Assembly: GCA_963662655.2 (NCBI GenBank)
Contig: CAXXTU010000002.1
Span: 2,272,001-2,336,000, forward strand
DNA from: Candidatus Cloacimonadales bacterium
GTDB taxonomy: Bacteria; Cloacimonadota; Cloacimonadia; Cloacimonadales; JAIOQZ01
Reading direction: 5' to 3'
DNA: 64,000 bases
Shown here piece after piece: positions 50,874 to 61,813 of this stretch (positions are counted from its first letter, which is position 1; the number at the start of each line of letters is the position of its first letter). Both the position numbers and the translations under genes were made by a program. The notes under the pieces were generated by a model. That model ran no database searches and was not told the origin of the DNA. It saw nothing but the letters and a program-made list of their open reading frames with translations.

Positions 50874-51362
50874 TTATTGCTGATTGATGTATTGTTCGAT
50901 CCATTTTTGTCGGGTAGTCTGTCTCTCCCAGATGGAGAGGTCGTCGGTGACTTGTGCCCAGTTGAGGGACATCCCGAGCTTCGCGACCTCTCGCAAAGCC
51001 CATCTGAGGTGCGGCTCGATGGTGTCGAGCGATTGGATGAGCATTTCATCGACTCGTTTATCGAAGCGGACTCCTTTGTCGGGATCACTCGGTCGTCGTT
51101 TGCTCAGTAGTATCATAAGGGGCTTTCCCTTCTCATGAGACAATGGTGCGACGGCATAGAGCTTGCAGATAAGCCATGCAACACTACGACGTGGTGCGGA
51201 TTGGTTTTTCTGCCGTAATGGCCACCAGATGCCGGTAAAGATGTCGAATCCTTGCAGGCTTTCGTCGAGTCCTTGATCGGCATGGGTGCGCAAGAGGCTG
51301 AGCTCGCCCGATTTCAGCTTCGAAAGGCCGATAATGAATCGATAGGTGCTGATACTTGCCAT
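50874..51362 (-). CDS. cse2: Cas11 (Cse2/CasB) small subunit
   Basis: Located between cas8e and cas7; start at MASISTYRF (51362); helical, ending LNWAQVTDDLSIW...KWIEQY. Confidence 0.85.
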   Translation of the reverse strand: MASISTYRFIIGLSKLKSGELSLLRTHADQGLDESLQGFDIFTGIWWPLRQKNQSAPRRSVAWLICKLYAVAPLSHEKGKPLMILLSKRRPSDPDKGVRFDKRVDEMLIQSLDTIEPHLRWALREVAKLGMSLNWAQVTDDLSIWERQTTRQKWIEQYINQQ

Positions 51363-51363
51363 C

Positions 51364-52848
51364 TTACTTGTCCTCCTTCGGGAGCCTGGGACGTAGCCGC
51401 TTGATCTCCCTGCGCTTCTTGGCATCCCTGATTGTCACATCCGGAGCGAGCGATTCCGCTGCTGCTTTCATGAACGGTGCATATTCGTTTGCAGCATCAT
51501 CCCATGTGTAATCGCCATTGCCCGAAAGCAAATCGGTCATGTGATTCGCGACCTGTTCCTCGACGTGAGGACGGGATAGCCGGGAGATGAAGGCGGTACG
51601 GGTGGGGGCTTTCTTCTTAGCATTCTTTTGCTCTTCTTTATCCTTGCGTTTTTTCTCGTAGTCTTTATCATTGTATTTCCAAAGGACATCATGAATTCTT
51701 TCCGATAGATATGTTATCGCATTTCCCCATAAATCACGACGAGCTTCATCTAATGACATTGCTGGGATTGTTACCATTTGTTCCCATGTATCAACCCCCT
51801 TGCTATTCTGGCTATCGATAGAAAAGACAACAAAATGTATCTTATTTCCCCTTGAAAAAGGTATCCAATCACGGTGTTTCAAAATAGTGAGGAGGGTTTT
51901 GTCGATCGATATTTTCGGAGTTTTTATTGGGTCACTTACACGAAGGATTTTCGTTTCGTATTTGGTTTCCTTCTTTTTCGGTATCACTTTCGTCGCCCAT
52001 AATACATGAGGATCCTGCCATTCCAACCCCTTTGACCATCCCGCTTCTTGCATGTATATCGTCCTGATGAATAGAAAGTGATTTTCCCCGCAAACCGAAC
52101 ATGGTTCTCCTCCGCTTTCCGTCTCGTTAAGAAAGACTTGCACAGGAATGGAGGTTAATCCCTGTAATAAGGACACTGGGTTAGACGGTTGCAAAAAAGG
52201 CTGTTCAGTTGTCCATGAGGGCAATCCAGGATTATCCCCGGGATTCCAATTCAACCGGATCGTATGAAGAAGCGTTCCTGAATCAAAGAACCAGTAAACT
52301 GGAGGAACACCGTTGATACCGTGACTCAGTTTCGTGAAACCACTCATCGAGAATACGGGGGGTCTCAACAACGCCATTGCAGCGCACGAGGGACAGACTC
52401 CGTTTTCACTGTCTATAACATGACGGAAATGCCAGGAGTTATGTCCGCTTGGCAACTCATGAAACAGATTCGTGACAGGTTTCTTTTTCTGTGGTTTTAT
52501 TTTTTGCAGGTTTGGAGCCAATTCTATATCCTGATAAAACCTCTTCCCGTCTCCCAGCAAGTTGAAGCAATCATGTTGCCCTCTAAGGAAGGTGATCCAC
52601 TCCATCGGTATCCCATTACCGTTTGCAGGAAATGGCTTCCCTGTCCGGTCCGCGCACCAGTAGCACACAGCCAGCAGAAAGCGGAAGACTGCGAACCGGT
52701 CCATGGGGTTGCTGGGGGCGATCTGTCGTATCGCTGCTGCCTTATCGAGCGTTTCGATGATGCCAAGTCTTTCATTGTCTCCGTGAAGCGTCAGGACAGG
52801 CAACCATTTCTCATCGAGAAGATTGTAGCGTTGATCGTTTGCGCACAT
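51364..52848 (-). CDS. cas8e: Cas8e (Cse1/CasA) large subunit
   Basis: YNLLDEKWLPV, RFLLAV, FNLLGDGKRFYQ, CPSCAAMALL, CSVCG, WQDPH. Confidence 0.9.
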   Translation of the reverse strand: MCANDQRYNLLDEKWLPVLTLHGDNERLGIIETLDKAAAIRQIAPSNPMDRFAVFRFLLAVCYWCADRTGKPFPANGNGIPMEWITFLRGQHDCFNLLGDGKRFYQDIELAPNLQKIKPQKKKPVTNLFHELPSGHNSWHFRHVIDSENGVCPSCAAMALLRPPVFSMSGFTKLSHGINGVPPVYWFFDSGTLLHTIRLNWNPGDNPGLPSWTTEQPFLQPSNPVSLLQGLTSIPVQVFLNETESGGEPCSVCGENHFLFIRTIYMQEAGWSKGLEWQDPHVLWATKVIPKKKETKYETKILRVSDPIKTPKISIDKTLLTILKHRDWIPFSRGNKIHFVVFSIDSQNSKGVDTWEQMVTIPAMSLDEARRDLWGNAITYLSERIHDVLWKYNDKDYEKKRKDKEEQKNAKKKAPTRTAFISRLSRPHVEEQVANHMTDLLSGNGDYTWDDAANEYAPFMKAAAESLAPDVTIRDAKKRREIKRLRPRLPKEDK

Positions 52849-53415
52849 TGGTGTCTCCTTGCTAGTGGATTGAGGATCATATAATTCTAAAGCAATGTTA
52901 TAGCGATATCAGGCATGGAAAATGCCGCAACAATGACACACATACATTTAAGATGATGCGATGATTCTTTTTTGCCATATCAATAAACTATATCGCTTAA
53001 TGTCAAACGATTTGTGCCTATAGCTAAAAGCGGCAGAGGATTCTCCTGCCTTGAAACTTGCTCAATCCTCATATGAATCACCTCCCCAAACGGCGGTATG
53101 AAACGCTCTTGTTCCGTGACGCCCCACAGTGTCGGATATTCGCAGGATTCGGGCATTGAGATGGCGGGATGGTTCATGGGTTCCTCCTAATGAGGTTTGG
53201 GGGATGGGTAGGACGAGGCATACATGATGAGCTGCTTTTCCCGTTCGGCGATCCGCGAGCGCTCAGACAATACAATTGAATACCGACAAAACTGATATTT
53301 CAGATTGTAAAGATTGGTGTTGAGATAGCCTCTAATGAATCAGATTCATTAAGATAATTTACTTGACATGTACATGAGTATTCATTCTTCATTAAAAAAA
53401 CTTCTGGAGCCATCT

Positions 53416-56400
53416 ATGAAACTTTTTTTACTTACGACACTTTTCGTTTTCACTCTCAGTTTTATTTTTGCCGATGGCGTACAGCCGTCGGGGGCAGGTA
53501 CAGAGTCAAGTCCATATCAAATCGCGAGTCTCGATAACCTGTTGTGGCTCAGCACGAATTCATCGTATTGGGGCGATTACTTTATGCAGACGGCAGACAT
53601 CGATGCATCCGACACACAGAACTGGAATTCAGGCGCGGGATTTTCGCCGGTCGGTACTGAAGGCGATCCATTCTCAGGTGATTTCAACGGCCAGGGTAAT
53701 GTGATTTCCAATTTGACGATTAATCGACCTTCTTTGGGAGGATGTGGATTATTTGGCTATACCGATGGAGCATAACTTCACGATATTCATTTGGAGAATG
53801 TACAGATTTCGAGTGAATCTAATGCGGGTACTATTGCTGGATTCAATCTAAACACAAGTCTCTATCGATGTTCTGCAACCGGAACATTGACAGTCGATCA
53901 TCAGTCTGTAAATTCCAATAGCTACGCAGGTGGTCTGATAGGCAGACATACAAGCTTCGATGGAGTGACCGCGAATATCATTGAATGCTACACTGATGTC
54001 GAAATAACAGCGAATGGCGACCGCGTTGGAGGTATCACGGGGCTTGTTCTTTCAGGTTATCAGAGTACAGTCGGTGGAGATATTTTAATCTCCAACTGCT
54101 ACAGTCAAGGAAGCATTTCTGCGAACAACCATGTTGCAGGATTGGTGGGCAGAATCCCAGACTGGGCTACCACGCCTGGTACGGTTGAAATCGTCAATTG
54201 CTACAGCACAACTTCAGTAACGGGAAACAATACACTTGGCGGATTGATTGCCGAACGTGGAATCGGAACTGTGACCACGTCTTTCTGGGATACCGAAACA
54301 TCGGGTCAATCCTCCAGCGCTGGCGGTACAGGACTTTCCACAGCAGAAATGAAGGACTTCTTCACCTACTACGATGCCGAATGGGACTTCATGAATGAAT
54401 CACCGAACGGTACGAACGATCGATGGGGAATGAACAGCGCTGATAATGGCGGTTACCCCTTCCTCTCTATCCAGGGTTACGAGAACGACTGGCCCAAACT
54501 GCCCGACGGTAACGGAAGTGAAGCGAACCCCTGGGAGATATCGACAATCCAGCACCTGTTGTGGTTGTCCATGCATGATGATGCCTGGGGAGGCAGCGAT
54601 TACATCATCCAGACGGCAGATATAGACGCATCAGACACCCAGAACTGGTTCGATGGCGCGGGATTCTTGCCTGTCGGAAACGCTGACCAGAAGTTCATGG
54701 GTGAATACGATGGAGCAGGTTATTCAATATCAAACCTTTACATCAATCGTCCCGCAACGGACAATGTAGCGTTGTTCGGCTTTACCGACCAAGCCAATCT
54801 ATCCGACGTTCACCTGGTCAATGCAAATATCGTGGGGCAGGCTAAGGTGGGAGCCCTTGTTGGTCATGCTCACACCACGAATGTCCATAGCTGCTCGGCT
54901 ACGGGCAATGTTACAGCCAATCACCAGACGGTAAACAACAATAGCTATGCAGGTGGATTAATCGGATCGTATGTATCGAATGAGAGTTCTTCCGCCAGCA
55001 TTACATCCTCATATACAGACGTTAATGTAGATGTTATGGGAGATGTCGCAGGCGGTCTGATTGGGCTGATCTCGTCTGGATTTCAGGCAACACCCGGGGG
55101 TGACGTTCTCATCTCCAATTGCTACACGCGTGGCTCCGTAATCGGGCAAGCCAGGATTGGCGGGATGATCGGTAGAATCCCCGACTGGGCATACGTGCCC
55201 GGTACGGTTGAAATCGTCAATTGTTACAGCTCGACGATCGTGTCGGGAAATTCTTTAGTTGGCGGTTTGATTGGCGATCGTGGAACCGGAACCTTAACCT
55301 CGTCTTTCTGGGATACGGACGTCTCAGGACAATCCTCCAGCGCTGGCGGCACGGGGATGATAACAGCCGACATGAAGCACGCGCAATACTTCTACGAAGC
55401 AGGCTGGGATTTCGCCGGTGAAACGCAAAACGGTTCGGATGATATCTGGGGTCTCAATAACAATAAAAACAACGGCTATCCCTTCCTGATGTGGCAGGGA
55501 TTTGCAAATACCGATTACTGCGTATTTGCCGGTTCCGGTACCGAGGCCGATCCCTATCAGGTATCGAGTCTCAACCACCTGAGAGAATTGAGTAGTCTTG
55601 CGTCGATATGGGATGATCACTTCATTCAGACCGCTGATATCGACGCGACCGGTACACAAAGTGATCCTTTTGTCCCAATTGGGAACGGTACGAATAAATT
55701 CGAAGGATCATACGATGGCAACGGCTTCCAGATCACGAATCTGAATATTGATCGAAATGCTGATTATAATGGACTCTTCGGATACGCGTTGAACTCGACT
55801 ATCACAAACATACATCTGGTTGATGTCGAGATAGATGGAAACAATTACACGGGTACACTAATTGGATATGGCAATAACGTTCATGTGACGAAATGCTCCG
55901 CAACAGGCAATCTTCATGGTGATAATTATGTTGGTGGTTTGATAGGATTTACCAGATACACTGGCAGCAATGGATCGTATGTAAGTGAATGCTGGACCAA
56001 TGTTAGAGTTTTCTCATACACTCAATATGCTGGAGGACTCATTGGTTTCATAGTGAATGGCGATTCCCAGGTATCAACCACGTTTACGATCGAAAACTGT
56101 TATGCTCGCGGATGGGTACAATCAACGAATTATACCGGTGGACTCATCGGATATATATTGGTTGAATCATATCAAACCGCATCAGTAAAGAATTGCTTCA
56201 GCGCTGGACGTGTAGTGTGCTCGTTTAGTAACTATGGAGGTTTGATAGGTTATAAAACACCCACCTGTGATGTTTTAAACTGTTTCTGGGATATGACGAA
56301 TTCATACACGAATTCAAGTAATGGCGGAACGGGTAAGACAGCATCTGAGATGTTTGATCTCGCTACCTATACCGACCTGTCAACCGATGGATTGACCACT

Positions 56401-58233
56401 GCCTGGGACTTCGTTTGCAACCCCAATGACGATACCGGAAACGATGATATATGGGTGATGAATCCCCCCATCTATCCGGTGTTTAGCTGGCAGGAGGTGC
56501 CACCCGTGGTGGCAACGATCGAAGCGACCAATATCACGACCAACAGCGCCGAAGCAGGCGGTATGGTCGGGTATGCCCGGGTCGATGCACCGGTCGCACG
56601 GACGGCGAGTGCGAGCAAAGAAGTGCCCCAAACGCGGAACCAGCAGAAATCGTTCAAACAGGTTACCACCAAGGATCGCGCCGACGTAACGGCAAGAGGC
56701 GTGTGCTGGAGTACCTCGGCCAATCCCACGCTGGAAGACTTCTACACCGTCGATGGAAGCGGACTGGGGTCATTCACCTCGACGCTGACCGGATTGAGTG
56801 AGGGTACGATATACTACTATCGGGCCTATGCAACCAGCGTCAACGGCACCGGTTACGGAGAAGAATACAGCTTCGTCACCCTCTTCTCACCCGCCGACAA
56901 CGAATTTCCCGCCAACGGCGCGACAGGCTTACCGCGACAGGTAACCGTCAGCTGGCGTTTCAGTGGAAGCGCCGAGCTAACAGGATTCAAGGTGTACAAA
57001 GGTGAGACACAGGTTGGCGACCCCGTTCCCGTGTGGAATTTTGGAGAGAATACTCAGTACAACATGGCGATGCCGCTTGCCGATTGGGGCGAAACGGTCA
57101 CCTGGAAGATCGTGCCTTACAACGATAACGGCGACTGCACGGCTCCGGTTGTTTGGAGCTACACGACGATGGACGAACCGGCGGAACCGGATCAGGTTCC
57201 CACCGAAATCGTCTATGCCAGTTTAGAGGGTGTGTCCGTTACCAATCCCTCTCCTATCTTTTTCCCGTCGATTATCCTGGAGGAATTTGGTTTCCAGCCG
57301 ACGTTGACCTATGGCTTCGGAACCGCGCCTTCCAATGCGACGATCGGTGGCATCGTCCGTGATTTACCGACTCATCTGCTCCCGCACAGCGAGTTCTGCA
57401 CGGTGGCTTTCACCGCCGATATCCCTTCCGGCATCCAGACGCTGATCGAGCTGTTCTACAGCTACACCTTGCATTCCAACGAGCTTGCCTGGTGGAATGG
57501 CTCGAGCTGGCAGGATATCACGATCTCCAGCGGAGCTGATTTCTCAACCCCTGGAACCGTGGTCTTCACATGGACATCGACCGGACGCGGTACCGACGAA
57601 TTTGTGGTCAACAATGGCGATGGAACGACCCTGCCGGTCGAGATGTCTTCGTTCACCGCTACCGTTACCTCGCAGAATTATTCGAAGATCAACTGGACGA
57701 CCCAATCCGAGAGCGATATGGCAGGGTACAATCTCTATCGCACGGATGAAAATAGCCTCGAAGATGCTCTGAAGATCAATCTGGATATTATCCCTGCCGC
57801 AAATGCAACCGAAGCGACCAGCTACGAGTTTCTCGACCAGGATGTTACGAAGGATGCGCAGTACTTCTACTGGCTTGAGAGCGTGGAACTTGGCGGAGGT
57901 TCATCCATGCATGGTCCGGTCACGGTGACAATCACCGAGGATGGCGGTTCCGGCGATACGCCCGAAATTACGTTTTCAACCAAGTTTACCGGTACGTACC
58001 CGAATCCGTTCAACCCGGTGACGACGATCAGCTATACGCTGGAAGCGAATCGCACCGTCCGGTTTTCCATGTTCGATCTGAAGGGCAGGAAAGTTGGTTC
58101 GTTATCGCAGCATGGCGAAAAGGGTCGCAACACCCTGACCTGGAACGCAAAGGACCTACCCAGCGGAATCTACTTCATCCGGATGAACGCCGGCGATGTC
58201 GAGCAAGTTCGCAAGGTCATGATTCTGAAATAG
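53416..58233 (+). pseudogene. GLUG-repeat surface protein with FN3-like and T9SS/FlgD-type C-terminus, interrupted by one in-frame TAA (53773-53775)
   Basis: Track ORFs 53368..53775 and 53791..58233 share a frame: ...GLFGYTDGA*LHDIHLENV...; signal peptide from ATG 53416; repeated GGLIG/NCYS units; TYPNPFNP tail. Confidence 0.8.
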
Positions 58234-58253
58234 CTTAATGACTTGATTTATAT

Positions 58254-58287
58254 AACGGGAGAGCCATCGACGGCCCTCCCGTTTTCT
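58254..58287 (+). terminator. Rho-independent terminator
   Basis: AACGGGAGAGCC-atcgac-GGCCCTCCCGTT followed by a short T-run, 20 bp after the stop. Confidence 0.6.
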
Positions 58288-58868
58288 ATCTCTATATCTG
58301 GCTACGACTTCTGTCTCGCCGTTTTCCCTTTCCTCTTACCGTTCACAGCCTCCAGGGCGATGATGATCACGCTTTGGGTGTGTCCTCACGGGTGACGATA
58401 TGCAGACTGGCGGATATCCTTGATGTGCGCCGTGATATACGCCAGCACGTTGCCGTTTTCGCCCTTGAAAGCAGCCCTCATGCTACCTGAAATCTTCGCG
58501 TTGATAATCATCGTCTTCGGGGTGATCTCTGTGGTCTTTTACGTCTCCATCGGGCGGTCGCTTCGCGATCGGCAAGGGCCGTTCCCCATGGGAACGCATA
58601 AGTCTCCTTTGTGTCTCTAAGTATGTCTCTACGATAAAGATCGCGAACAGAAAATCAAGTGCTTTGGGTGTTATATGTGCTGTTTTATCAGTGGGTTATG
58701 TTGGTCGATCGCACTCATTAATACGATCTTTCTCGTCGAAAACACAGTATTCAGAAAGTTATTGTGAGATTATTGTGAAGTCCTAAGAAAATCTGAAGTC
58801 TTGCTTGACACGATCTGAAAGATTATTAAAATCATGAATAATTGGGATGAATATTTAGGGAGTTAGCC

Positions 58869-60461
58869 ATGAGATACCTCACAATTGCCATCTTACTCAC
58901 CACTTGCGTACTGCTATCCGCCGAAAACCACCTCGACATCGTATGGGAGCAACAAGGCGAACAGCCAAGTGATAGCTATGGTTTCTATGTCATTTCACTC
59001 GATTTCAACGGCGACGGAATCGACGATCTGGCAACAAGTGCGTATAGGCATCAATATATCGACGGCTATCCCATGCTTCGCGGGAAACTGTACCTTTATT
59101 TCGGGTCTAATGAAGGATTACCTGATTCAGCAAGCATGGAAGTAGCTATCACGGTTGATACAACGTATTCTTGGTATGCGTCATGGTTTGATATATGCAA
59201 TCTAGGGGATATGAATGGTGATGGGTGTGATGATATCGGATATACGCAATGGGAGAGAACTTACGAAGATGACTATATCTATACGAGTTATTGCAAGATT
59301 CTTCTTGGCAGCACTGTCAATGACACGATTCCCGATTACGCTTTTCTCGTGGACGACCGCATGAGCTTAATCAACCCATTGGGTGATATCAACGGCGATG
59401 GTTACGACGATGCTGGGATAACGGAGGATAACGGTCCTGTCTCCTACTATATCGTCTATGGCGGATCGTTTGAAATGGTACCGTTCGTTGAGGATCTCGA
59501 TACGGACGGTCACTATGGATTCCGTGGATTAGGTGATGTAAACGGCGATGGATATGACGATTTCAACTATTACTACCGATATGACTGGAATGGTGAATCT
59601 TATCCATACCACAACTGCTTTTTCTTTGGTGGAGCTGTGCAAGATACGGTTCCCAATTACCATATTGTTCATCACTCAGCAAACAATACATTCATTGAAC
59701 TCGCTCCTGCTGGAGACTGGAATAATGATGGATATGATGATTTTGTATTCACGGGCTATGATATTCCAGAAGATGGTAGCATATCTCCTGGTTGCCGATT
59801 ATGGCGTGGCGGAGAAGAAATCAATTGGGATAACTATGGGTATATCGAATACTACTCTTTCTTTTATCCAGCTTTTGGTGACCTGAACAATGACGGTAAA
59901 GGAGATTTAGTTAAGCCTTATCACATACCTACCTCAAATTCAGGAGGAATCCTTTATTTCTACTTGGGGGACCAGAATGGGACGATGGATTATCATCGAG
60001 GTAATACTCAAGCTGGCTATGGTATGGCTTATGCACATGCTGTTGGTGACTTCGATAACGACGGTTTCGATGATATTGCAGTAGGTGCGTATGGAAATGA
60101 CAGCAACTATAATACAAACTGGGGATATGTTTACGTTTATGGCGGACATGATAACCTGGTAGAGCAAGATCAGGACGCAACGGATGACGAAACCGTACCT
60201 CCGGCGGATATCACGTTCAATGCCTACCCGAATCCGTTCAATCCAGAAATATCGTTTGAGATAAAGAGCAATCAGGATTATAAAAATTTGAGGATAGAGA
60301 TATTCAATACCAAGGGTCAAAAAGTGGAAATGATTCCTATAAAAACAACGCGAGAGACCATCACTTGGAATGCCGGTGCGCATGCTAGTGGCGTCTATTT
60401 CTGCAAACTCAATGCCGGAAGGAAAATATTACAGACAAGGAAGGTGACTTTGATTAAGTAA
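58869..60461 (+). CDS. FG-GAP/VCBS repeat secreted protein with T9SS/FlgD-type C-terminus
   Basis: Signal peptide; repeated GD(F/M/I/V)NGDGxDD; AYPNPFNP...SGVYFCKL...KVTLIK. Confidence 0.9.
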   Translation: MRYLTIAILLTTCVLLSAENHLDIVWEQQGEQPSDSYGFYVISLDFNGDGIDDLATSAYRHQYIDGYPMLRGKLYLYFGSNEGLPDSASMEVAITVDTTYSWYASWFDICNLGDMNGDGCDDIGYTQWERTYEDDYIYTSYCKILLGSTVNDTIPDYAFLVDDRMSLINPLGDINGDGYDDAGITEDNGPVSYYIVYGGSFEMVPFVEDLDTDGHYGFRGLGDVNGDGYDDFNYYYRYDWNGESYPYHNCFFFGGAVQDTVPNYHIVHHSANNTFIELAPAGDWNNDGYDDFVFTGYDIPEDGSISPGCRLWRGGEEINWDNYGYIEYYSFFYPAFGDLNNDGKGDLVKPYHIPTSNSGGILYFYLGDQNGTMDYHRGNTQAGYGMAYAHAVGDFDNDGFDDIAVGAYGNDSNYNTNWGYVYVYGGHDNLVEQDQDATDDETVPPADITFNAYPNPFNPEISFEIKSNQDYKNLRIEIFNTKGQKVEMIPIKTTRETITWNAGAHASGVYFCKLNAGRKILQTRKVTLIK

Positions 60462-60576
60462 TTGAAGCATCTCCCTGTACCCGGAGCTTTGCCTTGTGTA
60501 CATGGTTGAAATACTTTCGTTCGTCTTTGATTCTGGTTTATCATATTACTGACAAAATTGTGCAAAAACTGGCAAG

Positions 60577-61530
60577 CTACAAATGCCTGGGACGTATATG
60601 GGACGAAGCGGGCAATTTCGGCAGTTTCTGCCCCCCCTGGGACGGCTTATGGATCGACATCATGCGTGAATATCGCGTCGTTGTAGTCGACCCAGAAATC
60701 CCCGCTCGCAAAGCCGGCATCATACCCGGGGCAGCCTTGATTCCGGGCACCTCGTCGATCATCTTCTTGATTTTCTCTCGGGAGTCCTGATAATCATGAA
60801 ACTCCTGTGCAAGCTCTTCCTTTCGGGGCTCATATGCCTGAAGCCAAAGCACCGACAGTTCAAAACTCTGGGTATTCTTCATTTTCTCTATCTTATCGGC
60901 TTGTTCCTTGTCGCCGGTTTGCTCGTAGAGTTCAACAAGTTTCTCAATTGTTATGATCGTGATTGATTTTACTGCTCGCACAAGCAAGGATTCAGCCTCG
61001 GAAAACCTGCCCTGATCAACATACAGGTTTGCCAGATTCATCAATGTGGCTGCTGTAGCAGGATGTTCTGGACCTTCGATCCTTTCATGAATCGCTAGCA
61101 CTTTCTGGAAGTAGGACTCTGCTTTATCGTACTGCCCCTTTTGAATATACACAACTCCCAGTCCAGTTATAGGACCTGTAACCGTATGATCAGGTCCCAT
61201 GAGATTTTCATATATTTTCAGGGCTTGCTTAGAAAGTGGTTCTGCTTTCTCTGGTGTTTCCCGACTAATATATAGTCCCGCTAAATAGTGATGAGATGCA
61301 GCTCTATGCAGATGATTCATGCCCAGAACTCTCTTTCTCATATCAATCGATTTTTTGAAGTCTGCGATTCCTTGATCGAATTTGTACTAAGCGCTGTTCC
61401 AATGACCTGGCTGATAGTAATATTCCGCTGCCTTGATTTCTTCACCACTCACATCATAATGTCGGGCAATTTCCTCTGCGTGTTCGCCGAGTTGCTCTTT
61501 GTCATCCTGATAAACGGCGGTATGTGACGG
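60577..61530 (-). pseudogene. Remnant of a cyclase/ATPase-TPR protein C-terminus, fused to unrelated degraded sequence
   Basis: Upstream of the track ORF the same frame reads EQLGEHAEEIARHYDVSGEEIKAAEYYYQPGHWNSA*YKFDQG, resembling ERSEEIGLHYE...AIHYY in 3770..7759; followed by TPRs with apparent deletions. Confidence 0.6.
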
Positions 61531-61813
61531 ATCATGTGGAATTCTCCCTTATTGTGATATATCCTTTACGGCAGATTTTGCAAGATATGTCAACCTATTC
61601 GATTGAGCTATGCCTTCTTGTGGATGTGAAGTATACAGATCAAATCCCCTGAATTGAATGAAAGAGGATTCATCAAGTATTTTTACATCAAGGAGAGAAC
61701 CGATATAGTGCAGAATGTATTGGAAATCACGCGAATGAATTGTGTTCATAAGTTTTTTACTTGACCTTTAGATGGACTTTTCGCGTATTTATGAAAAACT
61801 TCTGGAGCACAGT

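Noticed and set aside
53773..53775. Stop-codon recoding (Sec/Pyl or alternative code)
   Set aside because: The codon is TAA, which ends many ordinary genes here (clpB, cas2, cas8e).
58300..58620. Small ORF 58420..58620 or a minus-strand gene remnant
   Set aside because: The minus strand has an RBS and coding-like text broken by stops, but no family is recognisable; too weak to call.
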